A stretch of DNA of 64,000 bases from Planctomycetota bacterium (GTDB lineage Bacteria > Planctomycetota > PLA2 > JAEUHO01), in NCBI GenBank assembly GCA_965223505.1, contig CBDCWP010000009.1:13233-77232 (forward strand). The letters are read 5' to 3'. The position numbers were made by a program, and so were the translations under genes. Below are positions 38,829 through 48,437 of this stretch, piece by piece. Below the pieces are notes generated by a model. The model did not search any database, was not told the DNA's origin, and was given only the letters and a program-made list of their open reading frames with translations. Position 1 is the first letter of the stretch. Each line of letters opens with the position of its first letter.

Positions 38829-39748
38829 TTCAGCTTCACTTCCACCGTCTGAATCAAGAACAGCCCCTTGTGCGGGTCGTCGATCACCTTCGGGTAAACC
38901 TGTCCCGGCTCGGTCGCGAACGCGGCCTCGATGATCGCCGGAGGAACGTACGTCTCACCCCAACGCATCCAGAAGTCCTTGTAGGTCTTGGGCTTCCCCG
39001 GCCTGCGCACCCAGAGAAGCCCGTCCTCCGCGCGGGTTTCCTTGTTCTCGGAGTACTTTCGCGCGAGATCGGCGAAGTTCTCACCGGCGAGTGCGCGATC
39101 GAGGATCTTCTGCGCGTGCTGCGAAGCCTGAAAGTGAGTTCGCCATACCTTCGCATCCCACTTGACGACGTCCTTCCCGAGGCCCGTGTGGACGATCGAG
39201 ATCACCCGCAGCTTGACGCGTTGTTTCATCAACGTCTCGAAGCGCGCTTGCAGACGACGGCCGTCACTCTCCGAGACGCGGCGCGCGAACCAGAAGCCGC
39301 CCTGCCAGTCCACGATCGGTGTCAGCTCCCCCACCTCGGCGGCGAGGACCGCTCGGTCGCGATGGTCGAACGCACGCTCGCGCGTCAGCGGAATCGGAAA
39401 GTAGCCGTCCGCCATCCCCCCCGGCGCGTTGCTGTGCTCCCGCGCGAGATTCCCGAGGCTCTCCCCTTGTTCGACACGGCGCCGTAGCTCGCCCGCCAAG
39501 CGCCTCGCTTCGTCCTTCGATCGGTTCATGCGCCGGCCGACGCGGGCATGCGGCGGCGAAAGATAGGTCAGCCAGATCTCCTGCCCGTAATAGACCTTCC
39601 CGGCTTGGTCGGCGGGAATCGTCGGCGGCTCGTCGTCCGGCGCGGGAGCGCCCGTCGCGGCGTTTCCGTCCGGCCCGCAGCCGGCCACCGAGAGGAGGAC
39701 CAGCAGGCAGGCGAACCGCCGGATCTTCAGCGTGGTCGAGACGGGCAT
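38825..39748 (-). CDS. Parvulin-type peptidyl-prolyl isomerase lipoprotein (two rotamase domains)
   Basis: Lipobox VAGC; GESLGNLAREHS and GENFADLARKYS. Confidence 0.75.
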   Translation of the reverse strand: MPVSTTLKIRRFACLLVLLSVAGCGPDGNAATGAPAPDDEPPTIPADQAGKVYYGQEIWLTYLSPPHARVGRRMNRSKDEARRLAGELRRRVEQGESLGNLAREHSNAPGGMADGYFPIPLTRERAFDHRDRAVLAAEVGELTPIVDWQGGFWFARRVSESDGRRLQARFETLMKQRVKLRVISIVHTGLGKDVVKWDAKVWRTHFQASQHAQKILDRALAGENFADLARKYSENKETRAEDGLLWVRRPGKPKTYKDFWMRWGETYVPPAIIEAAFATEPGQVYPKVIDDPHKGLFLIQTVEVKLK

Positions 39749-39882
39749 GGCAGAACCTCGGTCGACGCGCGGACCCCCCGCATTGCGACGCCATTCTACG
39801 GGTTGCCGGGGCTCTCGCCGCAAGCCGCGACTCCGACCGACCGATCGGGTTTGAGTGGAGCCCCATCGGAGGGACCCCACCC

Positions 39883-40632
39883 ATGTTGCGCACCTGTTTC
39901 GTCGTCTTCACACTGGTCCTGATCGTCGCCCCCGCCGCATTCGCGGAGGATCGAGACGCCGCCCAGATCGAGGCCAAACGGATCATCGAGAACCTCAAGT
40001 CGAAGGACGACGACGTGCGGGCCGAGGCCGCCACCGCGGCCCTCGGCTGCCAGCACACCTCGCTCGTCTCGCCGCTCATCAAGCGCCTGCGTGACGACAG
40101 CCATGCGGTACGTACGGGCGCGGCGGCGGCGTTGGGCGCCCGCAGCGACAAGAGCGACAAGCGCAAGGCCGCTGCCGCGCTCGCGGCGCGCATGCCCCAA
40201 CTCGAGAAGGACCCCCTCGACAAGGACGAGCTGCTCGTCGTCATCCAGGCGCTGCAAGACCTGGCGCAGACCTCCTCGATCAAGCCGCTCCTGAAAGGCA
40301 TGGACAAGGACACGGACGCGGACGTCAGGCGCGCTCGACTCATGGCGGTCGCGAACGTTCCCGATGCGGAAGCGATCGAGCGGCTGATCGGATTCCTCGA
40401 TGCGGGGCGCAAGCGCGCTCGCAAGGGCGAACACCGCGCGGCCGTCGACGCGCTGCAGTGGGCCACCGGCGCGAAGGCGGGCGGCGGCGCTGACGGCTGG
40501 CGCGCGTGGTGGCGCGAGGCGAAGAAGACCTTCGATTTCGAGGCCGCGGCCAAGCGCCGCAAGGAGACGGGGTCTTCCAACGCGCGCAAGAAGGGCGGCG
40601 ACAAGAAGAACAATCGCAAGAAGAAGTCGTGA
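39883..40632 (+). CDS. Secreted HEAT-repeat protein with Lys-rich tail
   Basis: Signal peptide; LRDDSHAVRTGAAAALG; ALQWATG...WRAWW C-terminal motif. Confidence 0.75.
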   Translation: MLRTCFVVFTLVLIVAPAAFAEDRDAAQIEAKRIIENLKSKDDDVRAEAATAALGCQHTSLVSPLIKRLRDDSHAVRTGAAAALGARSDKSDKRKAAAALAARMPQLEKDPLDKDELLVVIQALQDLAQTSSIKPLLKGMDKDTDADVRRARLMAVANVPDAEAIERLIGFLDAGRKRARKGEHRAAVDALQWATGAKAGGGADGWRAWWREAKKTFDFEAAAKRRKETGSSNARKKGGDKKNNRKKKS

Positions 40633-40635
40633 GAC

Positions 40636-40658
40636 CCGTCCCTTATTCGTAGGGACGG
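40636..40658. terminator. Hairpin at the junction of convergent genes
   Basis: CCGTCCCT-TATTCGT-AGGGACGG perfect 8-bp stem; no U tract. Confidence 0.35.
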
Positions 40659-41215
40659 CTCGATTCGCGCCGCGCCAGGATTTCGTACAGCACGACGCTC
40701 GCGCACGTGGCGATGTTCAGGCTGTTCGTGATGCCGTGCACCGGCAACTCCACGACCTCGTCGGCCAACGCCACCAGCCCGTCCCGAACGCCCTCGCGCT
40801 CGTGCCCGAAGACCACGACGGTGCGCTCGCCGTAGTCGGCGTCGCGCCATGAGACCGTGCCTTCCCCCTGCTCGATCACGATGACGCGCCATCCTGCGTC
40901 TTTCTTCGCCCGTACGGCGGGAACGGGGTCCTCGACGTGCCGCCACGGGACGACGTCGAGACTCCCGCCCACGCCTGTCTTCTCGATCCGGTTGCCGGCC
41001 TTCTCGCTCACACCCGGATACGGAGTGATCCCGGCCAGCCAGAGAGCGCGGACGTTCACGCAGTCGCACAGCCGAAACATCAAGCCGACGTTGTACGCGC
41101 TGCGCACGTTGTCCAACACCACGATCGCGTCCATCCGGCCGGCCGCTCGCTCGGCGGTCGTCGGCCGCGCGTCGACGAGCTCATCCGTCGTCATTCGGCG
41201 GAATCGAAGGGACAT
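40643..41215 (-). CDS. TrmH/SpoU-family RNA methyltransferase
   Basis: LDNVRSAYNVG, VFGHEREG, SLNIA. Confidence 0.9.
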   Translation of the reverse strand: MSLRFRRMTTDELVDARPTTAERAAGRMDAIVVLDNVRSAYNVGLMFRLCDCVNVRALWLAGITPYPGVSEKAGNRIEKTGVGGSLDVVPWRHVEDPVPAVRAKKDAGWRVIVIEQGEGTVSWRDADYGERTVVVFGHEREGVRDGLVALADEVVELPVHGITNSLNIATCASVVLYEILARRESSRPYE

Positions 41216-41238
41216 GGTTGCGTCTCCACGCGTTCCTC

Positions 41239-41281
41239 GTGATTGCCGTGGGGTGAATCGCCAAGTAGGCTACCCAATCAC
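41239..41281 (+). promoter_or_regulatory. Possible sigma70 promoter flanked by an inverted repeat
   Basis: TTGCCG-17 nt-TAGGCT (41243-41271) bracketed by GTGATTG...CAATCAC. Confidence 0.4.
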
Positions 41282-41301
41282 CGTTGTGAACAGAGAAAGA
41301 G

Positions 41302-41844
41302 ATGAGTGGCGAAGAGCAAACACCGTCGATACCCGCTGAGTTGCCGCTCTTTGCCTACGGCACGCTGAAGACCGGGTTCAAGAACCACGAGCACTACTGC
41401 CGCGGCGCCAAGCTGTCCGCGCACGGTCGCGCCTGGGGCCGGCTCTACCGTCTGCATCCGAACGTTCCGACGCTGGAAGTGCCCGAGGCGACCGTGCTTT
41501 TGCGGGGCAGCGCCGACTACGCGAAGGACCTCGACGCCCTGCAGGAGCTCGCGGAGGATCCGCCTCCGTTCGACTGGAGCTCGTACCGCGCAGGAAGGGG
41601 ATGGCGGCTGATCGAGGGCGAGCTGTTGACCTTCCCCGATCCGATGGAGCGGATCGGGATCCTCGATGCCGTCGAGGGCTTCCATCCGCGAACGCCCGAG
41701 TACTACGAGCGGATCCTGATTCCGCTGCAAACGGGAGCGGCGGACCGTCCGCTCGGATGGACGTTCGCGTGGACCTACGCCCTGCCCGCCGGCGAGGAGC
41801 CGCCCGGCAAGGTGCTCTCCATGAACGAGTGGAAGTCGTCCTAG
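41302..41844 (+). CDS. Gamma-glutamylcyclotransferase (AIG2-like)
   Basis: LFAYGTLK, GEL, LDAVEG, YYER, AWTY. Confidence 0.85.
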   Translation: MSGEEQTPSIPAELPLFAYGTLKTGFKNHEHYCRGAKLSAHGRAWGRLYRLHPNVPTLEVPEATVLLRGSADYAKDLDALQELAEDPPPFDWSSYRAGRGWRLIEGELLTFPDPMERIGILDAVEGFHPRTPEYYERILIPLQTGAADRPLGWTFAWTYALPAGEEPPGKVLSMNEWKSS

Positions 41845-41853
41845 GCGGGCGGC

Positions 41854-42765
41854 GTGGCCAGCGCACAGGCATTCCGCAACGCACCGGACGCGGCGTACTA
41901 TGAGGCGGGCGGCGACGTCCCCGAAGCGGTCTCGCGTGAGCAGGTAAAGACGACCCGGCATTGGTTGCTCGAACGTGTCCACGTTCCGGCTCGCGTTCCC
42001 GGCGACCTGGCGATCGTGCCGCGGTCCACGGATGCGATCGAGCTCCTGCACTGGAAGCCGCGCGTCGCCGCGAGCCGCAAGCGCCCGCTGATCCTGATGT
42101 CGCCGATCCTGGGCAACACCACGATGCTCGTCGATCGATTTGCCGCGTACTTCGCGCGTGTCGGATTCCACGCGGTGATCGTTCAGCGCAAGGAGCTCGA
42201 CTTCCATCCGACCCAGTCACTCGAGCTGGCCGAGGCGGAGTACCGGACGCTGGTGATGCGAAGCAGGCAGGCACTCGACTGGCTGATCGAACAGGAGGGC
42301 ATCGACGAAACGCGACTGGGGACCTTCGGCGTCAGCGCCGGCGCCATCATCAGCAGCTTGGTTGCCGGTGCGGACTCGCGGCTTCGGGGGCATGTTTGGA
42401 TGTTGCCCGGCGCGCCGCTCTCCGACGTGATGATCGACACGGTCGAAGACCCGTTTCGCACCTACGTGCGGGACACGATGAAGGCCACGGGGCTGAACAA
42501 GGGCCAGCTGCGCGAACGGCTCACGGAGATCATGGTGACCGACCCGCTGATCCTCGCGGATCGCGTAGACACGAGCCGCGTGCTGCTCTTCCTGGCGCGG
42601 TTCGATCGCTCGGTGCCCACGGCCTCGGGGCTCGCGCTGTGGAAGGCGCTGGGGCGCCCTGAGCTCGTGATGATGCCCACCGGGCACTACACGACCTTCG
42701 TCGTGCTGCCGTGGCTCAAACGCCGCGCGCGCGCGCACTTCGAGCGAGTACTCGGCGGCCCGTAG
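41854..42765 (+). CDS. Alpha/beta hydrolase
   Basis: GVSAG nucleophile, FDRSVP, TGHY. Confidence 0.75.
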   Translation: MASAQAFRNAPDAAYYEAGGDVPEAVSREQVKTTRHWLLERVHVPARVPGDLAIVPRSTDAIELLHWKPRVAASRKRPLILMSPILGNTTMLVDRFAAYFARVGFHAVIVQRKELDFHPTQSLELAEAEYRTLVMRSRQALDWLIEQEGIDETRLGTFGVSAGAIISSLVAGADSRLRGHVWMLPGAPLSDVMIDTVEDPFRTYVRDTMKATGLNKGQLRERLTEIMVTDPLILADRVDTSRVLLFLARFDRSVPTASGLALWKALGRPELVMMPTGHYTTFVVLPWLKRRARAHFERVLGGP

Positions 42766-42777
42766 CGCCTGGAATGC

Positions 42778-42811
42778 CGACGGCGGCCGCCCCGTCGAGC
42801 GGCCGCCGTCG
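42778..42811. terminator. GC-rich hairpin between convergent genes
   Basis: CGACGGCGGCCGC-8 nt-GCGGCCGCCGTCG perfect 13-bp stem; no U tract. Confidence 0.5.
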
Positions 42812-42843
42812 CGGTGTGTCGTCGGTCTCGGTTCGAAGGAGCG

Positions 42844-45800
42844 CTAGTCGCGACAGTCGAGCCAGACGTTCTTGTCGTGGGCGCAGTCATCGAGCTCCGC
42901 CCAGATCAGCAGGTCTTGTGGCACACCCGTCACGTCGTGCCAGCAGTCGCACTCGAAATCGATGCGAACCCTCGCGCGCCAATGGTCGCCGCTGACGCGC
43001 CAGATCTTGGCAACCTTCAGGAACCCGTCGCGCTTGCCGTCGTCCCAGTGGTCGCCGTCGAACTCGACGCGGATATCCGCCAGGACCTTCGAGCCGTCCT
43101 TCGCCTTCACACGGAAGGTGTGGTCGTCTCGATCACCAATCCAGAAGTCGATGACGCAGAGCTCACGCATCTCCGTGCTCTCACACGGCTCGCACCAGCG
43201 CCAGGACTCCCAGCTCCAGGTGTCGACGACGAGGAAGCTCGCGTCGTACTTACAGTCGTTCCAATCGTCGCGCACTTGCCGCAGCCACCAGTCCTTGTCC
43301 TTCGACAAGTCGCACTCGGGCATCTCAGGACAGCCATCGGTCCAGTCGAACATGGCGCCCGGCCGGAGGTGCTCGCAGCGGAAGATCGCGCACCCTTCCT
43401 TCTCACATCCGTTGATTTCGACAGCGACACGGCGCTCGCGGTCGCCGAATCGCCCCTTGTAGAACCAGTCCTTCTGGGCGATCAGCTTGAGCGTGACGGT
43501 CGCGATGCCGTTGCGCACCACGACGTTCTCGACGATCAACACGCCGTCGTGCCCGACCTGCCGGCCCGGGAACGCACCCTTCCACTCGACCCAGACACTG
43601 TCGAGCTCGTCGGACCACGGCGAGCAGCCGTCGCGGAAGTCCGCGCCCAGCTGGAAGCAGTCTTCGTCGCCCACCCAGATCTTGGTTTCGAGCGTGACCT
43701 CGTGCAGGTCGCCCTCGCAGCAGGGGTTGTTCGGGCACTTCTCGCAGTAGCAATAGGTCGCCCAGAGCGTCTCACACGGCTCGAGACAGAGCGTGGTGAT
43801 CTCACTCTCACCCTCGCAAGGCTCCCAGTCCTTCAGTTGCGGTTGATCCTTGGAGACGCAGACGTCGTAGCAGCCGGGCGGGAGGCTCCAGCAGCAAACG
43901 CCCCACCTGTCGGTGAAGCCGGTCGAGATGACCTTGTCCGATCCCTTGCGCTTGATGTCGACCTTGATCCACTCGAGGTTCGTGTCGACGCCCTCATCGA
44001 ACTTGTCGTCACACTTGCCCTTCGGCTGGCCGAAGACGCGGACACAGATCCACTGCTCACACTTGCAGTAGCGGAAATCCTTGTCGCGGCAGCTGACGCC
44101 GCACTCCACCGTCGGCGTGTAGACCTTCGGGTCCTGCAAGATGTAGCTCGCGTTGCCCGGACCCTGGAGGATCCGGACCTCGACCTCGCCGGTCGGAACG
44201 TTCTCGAAGCAGTAGAGACCATCCGCATCGGTCGTCGTGGTGTCCCGGTAGCCGACGTCCAGCGCGAAGCCGCCGATCCCGATGATCTCGACGACCACGC
44301 CCTCGAGGCAGAGGTCCCCCTCCTTCATCCAGAACATGCCGTCGCAATCGCAATCGAGCCAGACCTTGCCGCACACCTCCTGGCAGCAGTACCCGAACTC
44401 GACGCGCTCTTCCTCGCCGCAATCGATCGTGACACACTGCTTGCGCTCACCCTTGCACAGGCACCAATACTGGCGCAGCTCGAAGGTGTCCTCGATCTCG
44501 ACGCAGTAGTCACCCGGCAAGAGCCCCTTGACCTTGACGCAACCGAAGGCGTCGGTCTCGAGATCCTGGATGAAGGTGCCGTTCGCGTCCGTCAGGACGA
44601 GACGAGCCTTGTTGATCGGAATGTCGCCGTCGTCGAACCGACAGTCGCACTCATCGACCGGCTCCTTCCAGACCTGGATCTTGATCGAGCCCAGCGGGCA
44701 GACCAGGAACTCGACGCGCGCCGCGCCCCCGTCGGGACAGACGACCGTCTTGCTCCGATCGGAGCACAGGCGCTTGTCCGCGGGTACGGAGCTCTCGTCG
44801 ATGGTCACCGTGTAGGTGCCGGGAACGAGGTTCAGGAACTCAACGCAGCCGTCGGCGTCGGTCGTGCCCATCCGGTCGCCGGGGCTGAGCATGATCTTCA
44901 CGCCGGGAACGCCCGGCTCGCCGGGCTCACAGACGCCGTCGCAGTCCGCGTCGCAGCAGACCTTGACCTTGATGTCGCAGGTCGGCGGCGGCTCGCAGCA
45001 GTAGCCGAAGTTGTTGTCGACCGACATGTCGACCTTGCCCAGTTCGACGAGATGCGAGCTCGGGAACGGACCGGCGGGATCACAGAAGACCTCGCCCGGA
45101 GGCGGCAACGGATCCGTCAGGATCGTGACGGTGTAGTTGCCGGGCGGCAGGTCGTAGTCGTCGTCGCTGAAGCAGTAGAACCCGTTGGCGTCCGTCACCT
45201 CGGTGAACCCGCCGGGATTGAGCTGGACCACCGCACCCGGAAGCGGGCTTTGCGGCGGGTTGGGCGGAACGCCGTTGAGCGGTCCCGGACCGCCGACCGA
45301 GGTCACCGCCGGGCCGCAGTACACCGTGCCGCAGATCGACACCGGACAGGTGAGCTGGAAGAAGCAATCCTGTTGCTCTCCGCCTGGCACCACCTCGATC
45401 ATGCAGCAGCCGTCGAGCGGGTTCAGGAACGAGGAGCCCGGCGCGAGCGACGCCGGGTCGATACACAGGTTGTACTCGCCGAACGGGAGTTGGTTGCCGT
45501 TCTCGTCGTCGAGGCAGATCTCGCCGTTCAGGTCCGTCGAGACCTGGCGGATCGTCTGGTTCGTGCCCTTGTCGATCACGTCGACCAGGATGCCGGCGCA
45601 GGGCACGTCGACGCCCTCGTCGAACTCGCTGTTCCCCGGCTTCGGACGGCTGCGCTCGCACCAGATCTTGATGAAGACTTTGGGCGTGTCGCAGTCGTAG
45701 ATGAAGTCGATGCCCGTGACCTCGGTCATCTGACCGGTCGGCGGCACCGTGACCTCGCGCGGGTTGTCGTTGTTCGGGCAGTTGGAGAGCACGATCGTCG

Positions 45801-48024
45801 TGTTCGGCGGCGGCGTCACGGAGACCGTGACGTCGTAGGTCTCGCCGGGTGTGAGCGGCTCGTCGGCGCTCGATATGAACTCCCAGCACGTCGTGAAGTC
45901 GCCGATGGTCACGGGGTACGTCGCTTCGTAGCTCGACGCGTTCCCGTCGATCGGCAGATCGCCGCCGGAGATCGTGACCGTGACGAGCGTGCCCAACGGC
46001 AAGTCCTCGTCACCGATGCAGTCGCCGTCGGTGTCGCAGACCAAGCACCCGCTGAGCTTGATCGGGCACTCGTAGATGAACGTGCAGGGCGGCAGCTTCG
46101 GCGGCAGCGACTCGGGTGTGTTGATCACGCACGGGTTCTCGTTGCCGGGACAGTCTTCCGGCGATTTGAGCGCCGGCATCGTCACGGTGGACGACGGCAC
46201 GCCGTCGACCGTGACGGTGACGTTGTAGACGGCATTGGGCTCGAGCTCGCCGCTGGTGAACTCGTAGCAGTCCGTGTCGGGGTTCAGCGTAAGCTCCACG
46301 CCGCCGCCCAGACCCGGCCCCGTCGCGGTCACGACGATGGTCTTGCCGGGGAAGACGACGTGCAGCGGTCGGTCGATCTCGCAGTCGCCGTCGTCGTCGC
46401 AGCCCAGGCAGGCCTCGATCGTCGTGTCGCAATCCTCCGGCGTCGTGCCGAAGTCTTCGCTCATTTTCAGGAAGATGAAGTTGCCCGCATCGACTTCGGC
46501 GAAGCGCACCGACCACAGGTTGTTCGCGCCGGGGTTCGCCTTGAAGTGATCCTTGTCGAGCGGAATGTTCAGGTACTGATCGTCGCCGTCCGTGGTCCAT
46601 GCGTCGGCGCCGGCGCCGTTGTCGAGCACCTGGATCGCCAGGACCTGGTCCTGCCTGTCGTTGTTCACCGAAGCGTGAATCGGCTGGAGTCCGTTCGTCG
46701 GTTGCAGACGCATGCCGGTCGCGAGGGGATGCAGCGGCTCGGACGAGTAGGCGACGCCGTTGAAGCCAGCAGCGAAGGGATCCGACACCGGGGTCGGTGT
46801 GATCGCCCAACGCACCGCGTCGCCGATGCGAAACGCCGTGTTGTCTCGGAGGTCCGTGACCGCCTCGCCGCCCATCCCGAACGCGAGCTGCGAGTGGCAG
46901 CCGCTTTCCAGGTTCGGGTCGGGATTGGGGTCGTTCGCCACACCGCCGTGGTCGGCCGGGATCCCGAAGTTCTCGAAGTCACAGTCGGGATCGTTCGCCT
47001 CGTTCTCGTCCCTCAAGATCGGAGGGTTCCAGTCCGCGTCCGACTCGCCGAAGATGAACGTGTCGGGGCAGATGACGCGCGTGTTGTGGAAGAAGAAGTC
47101 GAAGGTGCCGTCGTACTGGTTGATGCCACCGGAGGGCGGCGGAAGCGGTTCGCCGGGCATGGGATCCATGGTCTGGCCCTGCGGAACCTGGCCCTGGTTG
47201 ATGAAGGGATAGCGCTGGTCGATGATGCCGCCGGAGAAGCCGAGGATGCTCCCACCCGGAATGAGATACGTACTGTTGAACGCCACCTTGTGTCCGCAGC
47301 GTTCCGTGCCCTGAAGCAGGCCGCCCGGGAACGCGGGCAAGAGCGAGATGACCATGACGAACTTGTACGACGACGCGTCGTCCGGACGCGCATTACCGCC
47401 GAACTGGTTGTCGACGAGCGTCTCGAAGGCGGCCGGTTCCATGTCGAAGAACGCCGCCCACGCGTTGTCGGGCGAGGCGTCGGACGACGTCTCGAGCAGA
47501 CGCGTGATGCGGTTCGGCAGCGCGTCGTACTGGGGCGTTTCCGTACACCACTCGGTGACCGCCGCCGCCACGTCCATCCCGTCCTGCTTGTCCAAGAACA
47601 GGTCGAACTGCACGCGCGGGTGCTGCAGCAGGACACTGTCCGGAGCGAACTGATCCCACTTGCCTGTCACGTTTGGATCGAACAGCGCGATCTGCATCGG
47701 CGTGTCGTCGGCGCCCGGACGCTCGAAGTCGAGCTTGATGATCGTTCGAACCGGCTGGTCGACGAGCATGCCCCCCGCGTTCTTGCACTGCTCGCCCGTC
47801 GTGTTGTTCCCAAGCCCCGAAAGCACGAGGAACTTCGCGCTGTTCTCGTCCTTGTCGGGCAAAGCCTGGAAGGAGGCGTCGGCGATGACGGTGTCGGTCG
47901 ATGTCTCGAAGTTGTTGTTGTTGTCGACACGATCCGGATCGGGATCCGCCGCATCGGCAGGCAGCCCTCCCAGCACGATCGGAAGCGCGATCGCCGCGAC
48001 GACAATGAATAGACGATTGACCAT
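42844..48024 (-). CDS. Large secreted cysteine-rich protein with SdrD-B/Cna-B-like repeats (about 1,726 aa)
   Basis: GGAGGAG RBS; signal peptide MVNRLFIVVAAIALP...ADA; repeats such as CDADCDGVCEPGEPGVPGVKIML...TTDADGCVEFLNLVPGTYTV. Confidence 0.85.
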   Translation of the reverse strand: MVNRLFIVVAAIALPIVLGGLPADAADPDPDRVDNNNNFETSTDTVIADASFQALPDKDENSAKFLVLSGLGNNTTGEQCKNAGGMLVDQPVRTIIKLDFERPGADDTPMQIALFDPNVTGKWDQFAPDSVLLQHPRVQFDLFLDKQDGMDVAAAVTEWCTETPQYDALPNRITRLLETSSDASPDNAWAAFFDMEPAAFETLVDNQFGGNARPDDASSYKFVMVISLLPAFPGGLLQGTERCGHKVAFNSTYLIPGGSILGFSGGIIDQRYPFINQGQVPQGQTMDPMPGEPLPPPSGGINQYDGTFDFFFHNTRVICPDTFIFGESDADWNPPILRDENEANDPDCDFENFGIPADHGGVANDPNPDPNLESGCHSQLAFGMGGEAVTDLRDNTAFRIGDAVRWAITPTPVSDPFAAGFNGVAYSSEPLHPLATGMRLQPTNGLQPIHASVNNDRQDQVLAIQVLDNGAGADAWTTDGDDQYLNIPLDKDHFKANPGANNLWSVRFAEVDAGNFIFLKMSEDFGTTPEDCDTTIEACLGCDDDGDCEIDRPLHVVFPGKTIVVTATGPGLGGGVELTLNPDTDCYEFTSGELEPNAVYNVTVTVDGVPSSTVTMPALKSPEDCPGNENPCVINTPESLPPKLPPCTFIYECPIKLSGCLVCDTDGDCIGDEDLPLGTLVTVTISGGDLPIDGNASSYEATYPVTIGDFTTCWEFISSADEPLTPGETYDVTVSVTPPPNTTIVLSNCPNNDNPREVTVPPTGQMTEVTGIDFIYDCDTPKVFIKIWCERSRPKPGNSEFDEGVDVPCAGILVDVIDKGTNQTIRQVSTDLNGEICLDDENGNQLPFGEYNLCIDPASLAPGSSFLNPLDGCCMIEVVPGGEQQDCFFQLTCPVSICGTVYCGPAVTSVGGPGPLNGVPPNPPQSPLPGAVVQLNPGGFTEVTDANGFYCFSDDDYDLPPGNYTVTILTDPLPPPGEVFCDPAGPFPSSHLVELGKVDMSVDNNFGYCCEPPPTCDIKVKVCCDADCDGVCEPGEPGVPGVKIMLSPGDRMGTTDADGCVEFLNLVPGTYTVTIDESSVPADKRLCSDRSKTVVCPDGGAARVEFLVCPLGSIKIQVWKEPVDECDCRFDDGDIPINKARLVLTDANGTFIQDLETDAFGCVKVKGLLPGDYCVEIEDTFELRQYWCLCKGERKQCVTIDCGEEERVEFGYCCQEVCGKVWLDCDCDGMFWMKEGDLCLEGVVVEIIGIGGFALDVGYRDTTTTDADGLYCFENVPTGEVEVRILQGPGNASYILQDPKVYTPTVECGVSCRDKDFRYCKCEQWICVRVFGQPKGKCDDKFDEGVDTNLEWIKVDIKRKGSDKVISTGFTDRWGVCCWSLPPGCYDVCVSKDQPQLKDWEPCEGESEITTLCLEPCETLWATYCYCEKCPNNPCCEGDLHEVTLETKIWVGDEDCFQLGADFRDGCSPWSDELDSVWVEWKGAFPGRQVGHDGVLIVENVVVRNGIATVTLKLIAQKDWFYKGRFGDRERRVAVEINGCEKEGCAIFRCEHLRPGAMFDWTDGCPEMPECDLSKDKDWWLRQVRDDWNDCKYDASFLVVDTWSWESWRWCEPCESTEMRELCVIDFWIGDRDDHTFRVKAKDGSKVLADIRVEFDGDHWDDGKRDGFLKVAKIWRVSGDHWRARVRIDFECDCWHDVTGVPQDLLIWAELDDCAHDKNVWLDCRD

Positions 48025-48375
48025 CTGCGTTCTCCTCCGCATCCCCTGCGGCAGCTCGCCGGCCCGAATGAGGACCTCTGTCTCGCGCATTCGATGCACC
48101 TGGGATGCCGAACGACCTTCGCTTCCGGCTGCGCACACAAGTACCTGCCTGATCGAAGCTTGTGATCCCCCGGTGATCACCAAGCCGAACACCGTGTCCA
48201 AAAAGAACAGCGCGCGTTCAAGTTCTGCGACGGCCCCCATCCGGCAGGGCGCTGCGGGCAATACTGCGGAAAACCTGACAAGGAAGCCAGCGTTTTCGAT
48301 GAATCGCGATTGGGCGCCTCGGGACGGGACGCCGGGCGCCGCGCTCGCCGCGGGGCCGCGGCCCGACACAGCTGA

Positions 48376-48411
48376 AATTGCAAGAAGGGCGGGCTCGAAA
48401 GCCCGCCCTTC
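48376..48411 (-). terminator. Intrinsic terminator of the Cys-rich lipoprotein gene
   Basis: Minus strand GAAGGGCGGGCT-TTCG-AGCCCGCCCTTC followed by TTGCAATT. Confidence 0.75.
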
Positions 48412-48437
48412 CGCAGATGTCTCGGACGTGCTGCGCG

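Noticed and set aside
41216..41301. c-di-AMP riboswitch suggested by GGGGTGAATC...GTAGG
   Set aside because: The remaining conserved segments (GGAACC and CCGTCAGCTAAC-like) are missing and the region is too short.
42814..48012. 1,732-aa plus-strand ORF
   Set aside because: Antisense shadow of the giant Cys-rich gene. It has no signal peptide or motifs, and long stop-free antisense frames are expected with strong GC3 bias.
48162..48180. GTGATC-N7-GATCAC inverted repeat upstream of the giant gene as a CRP site
   Set aside because: The spacing does not fit TGTGA-N6-TCACA, and it is too short to call an operator without conservation data.
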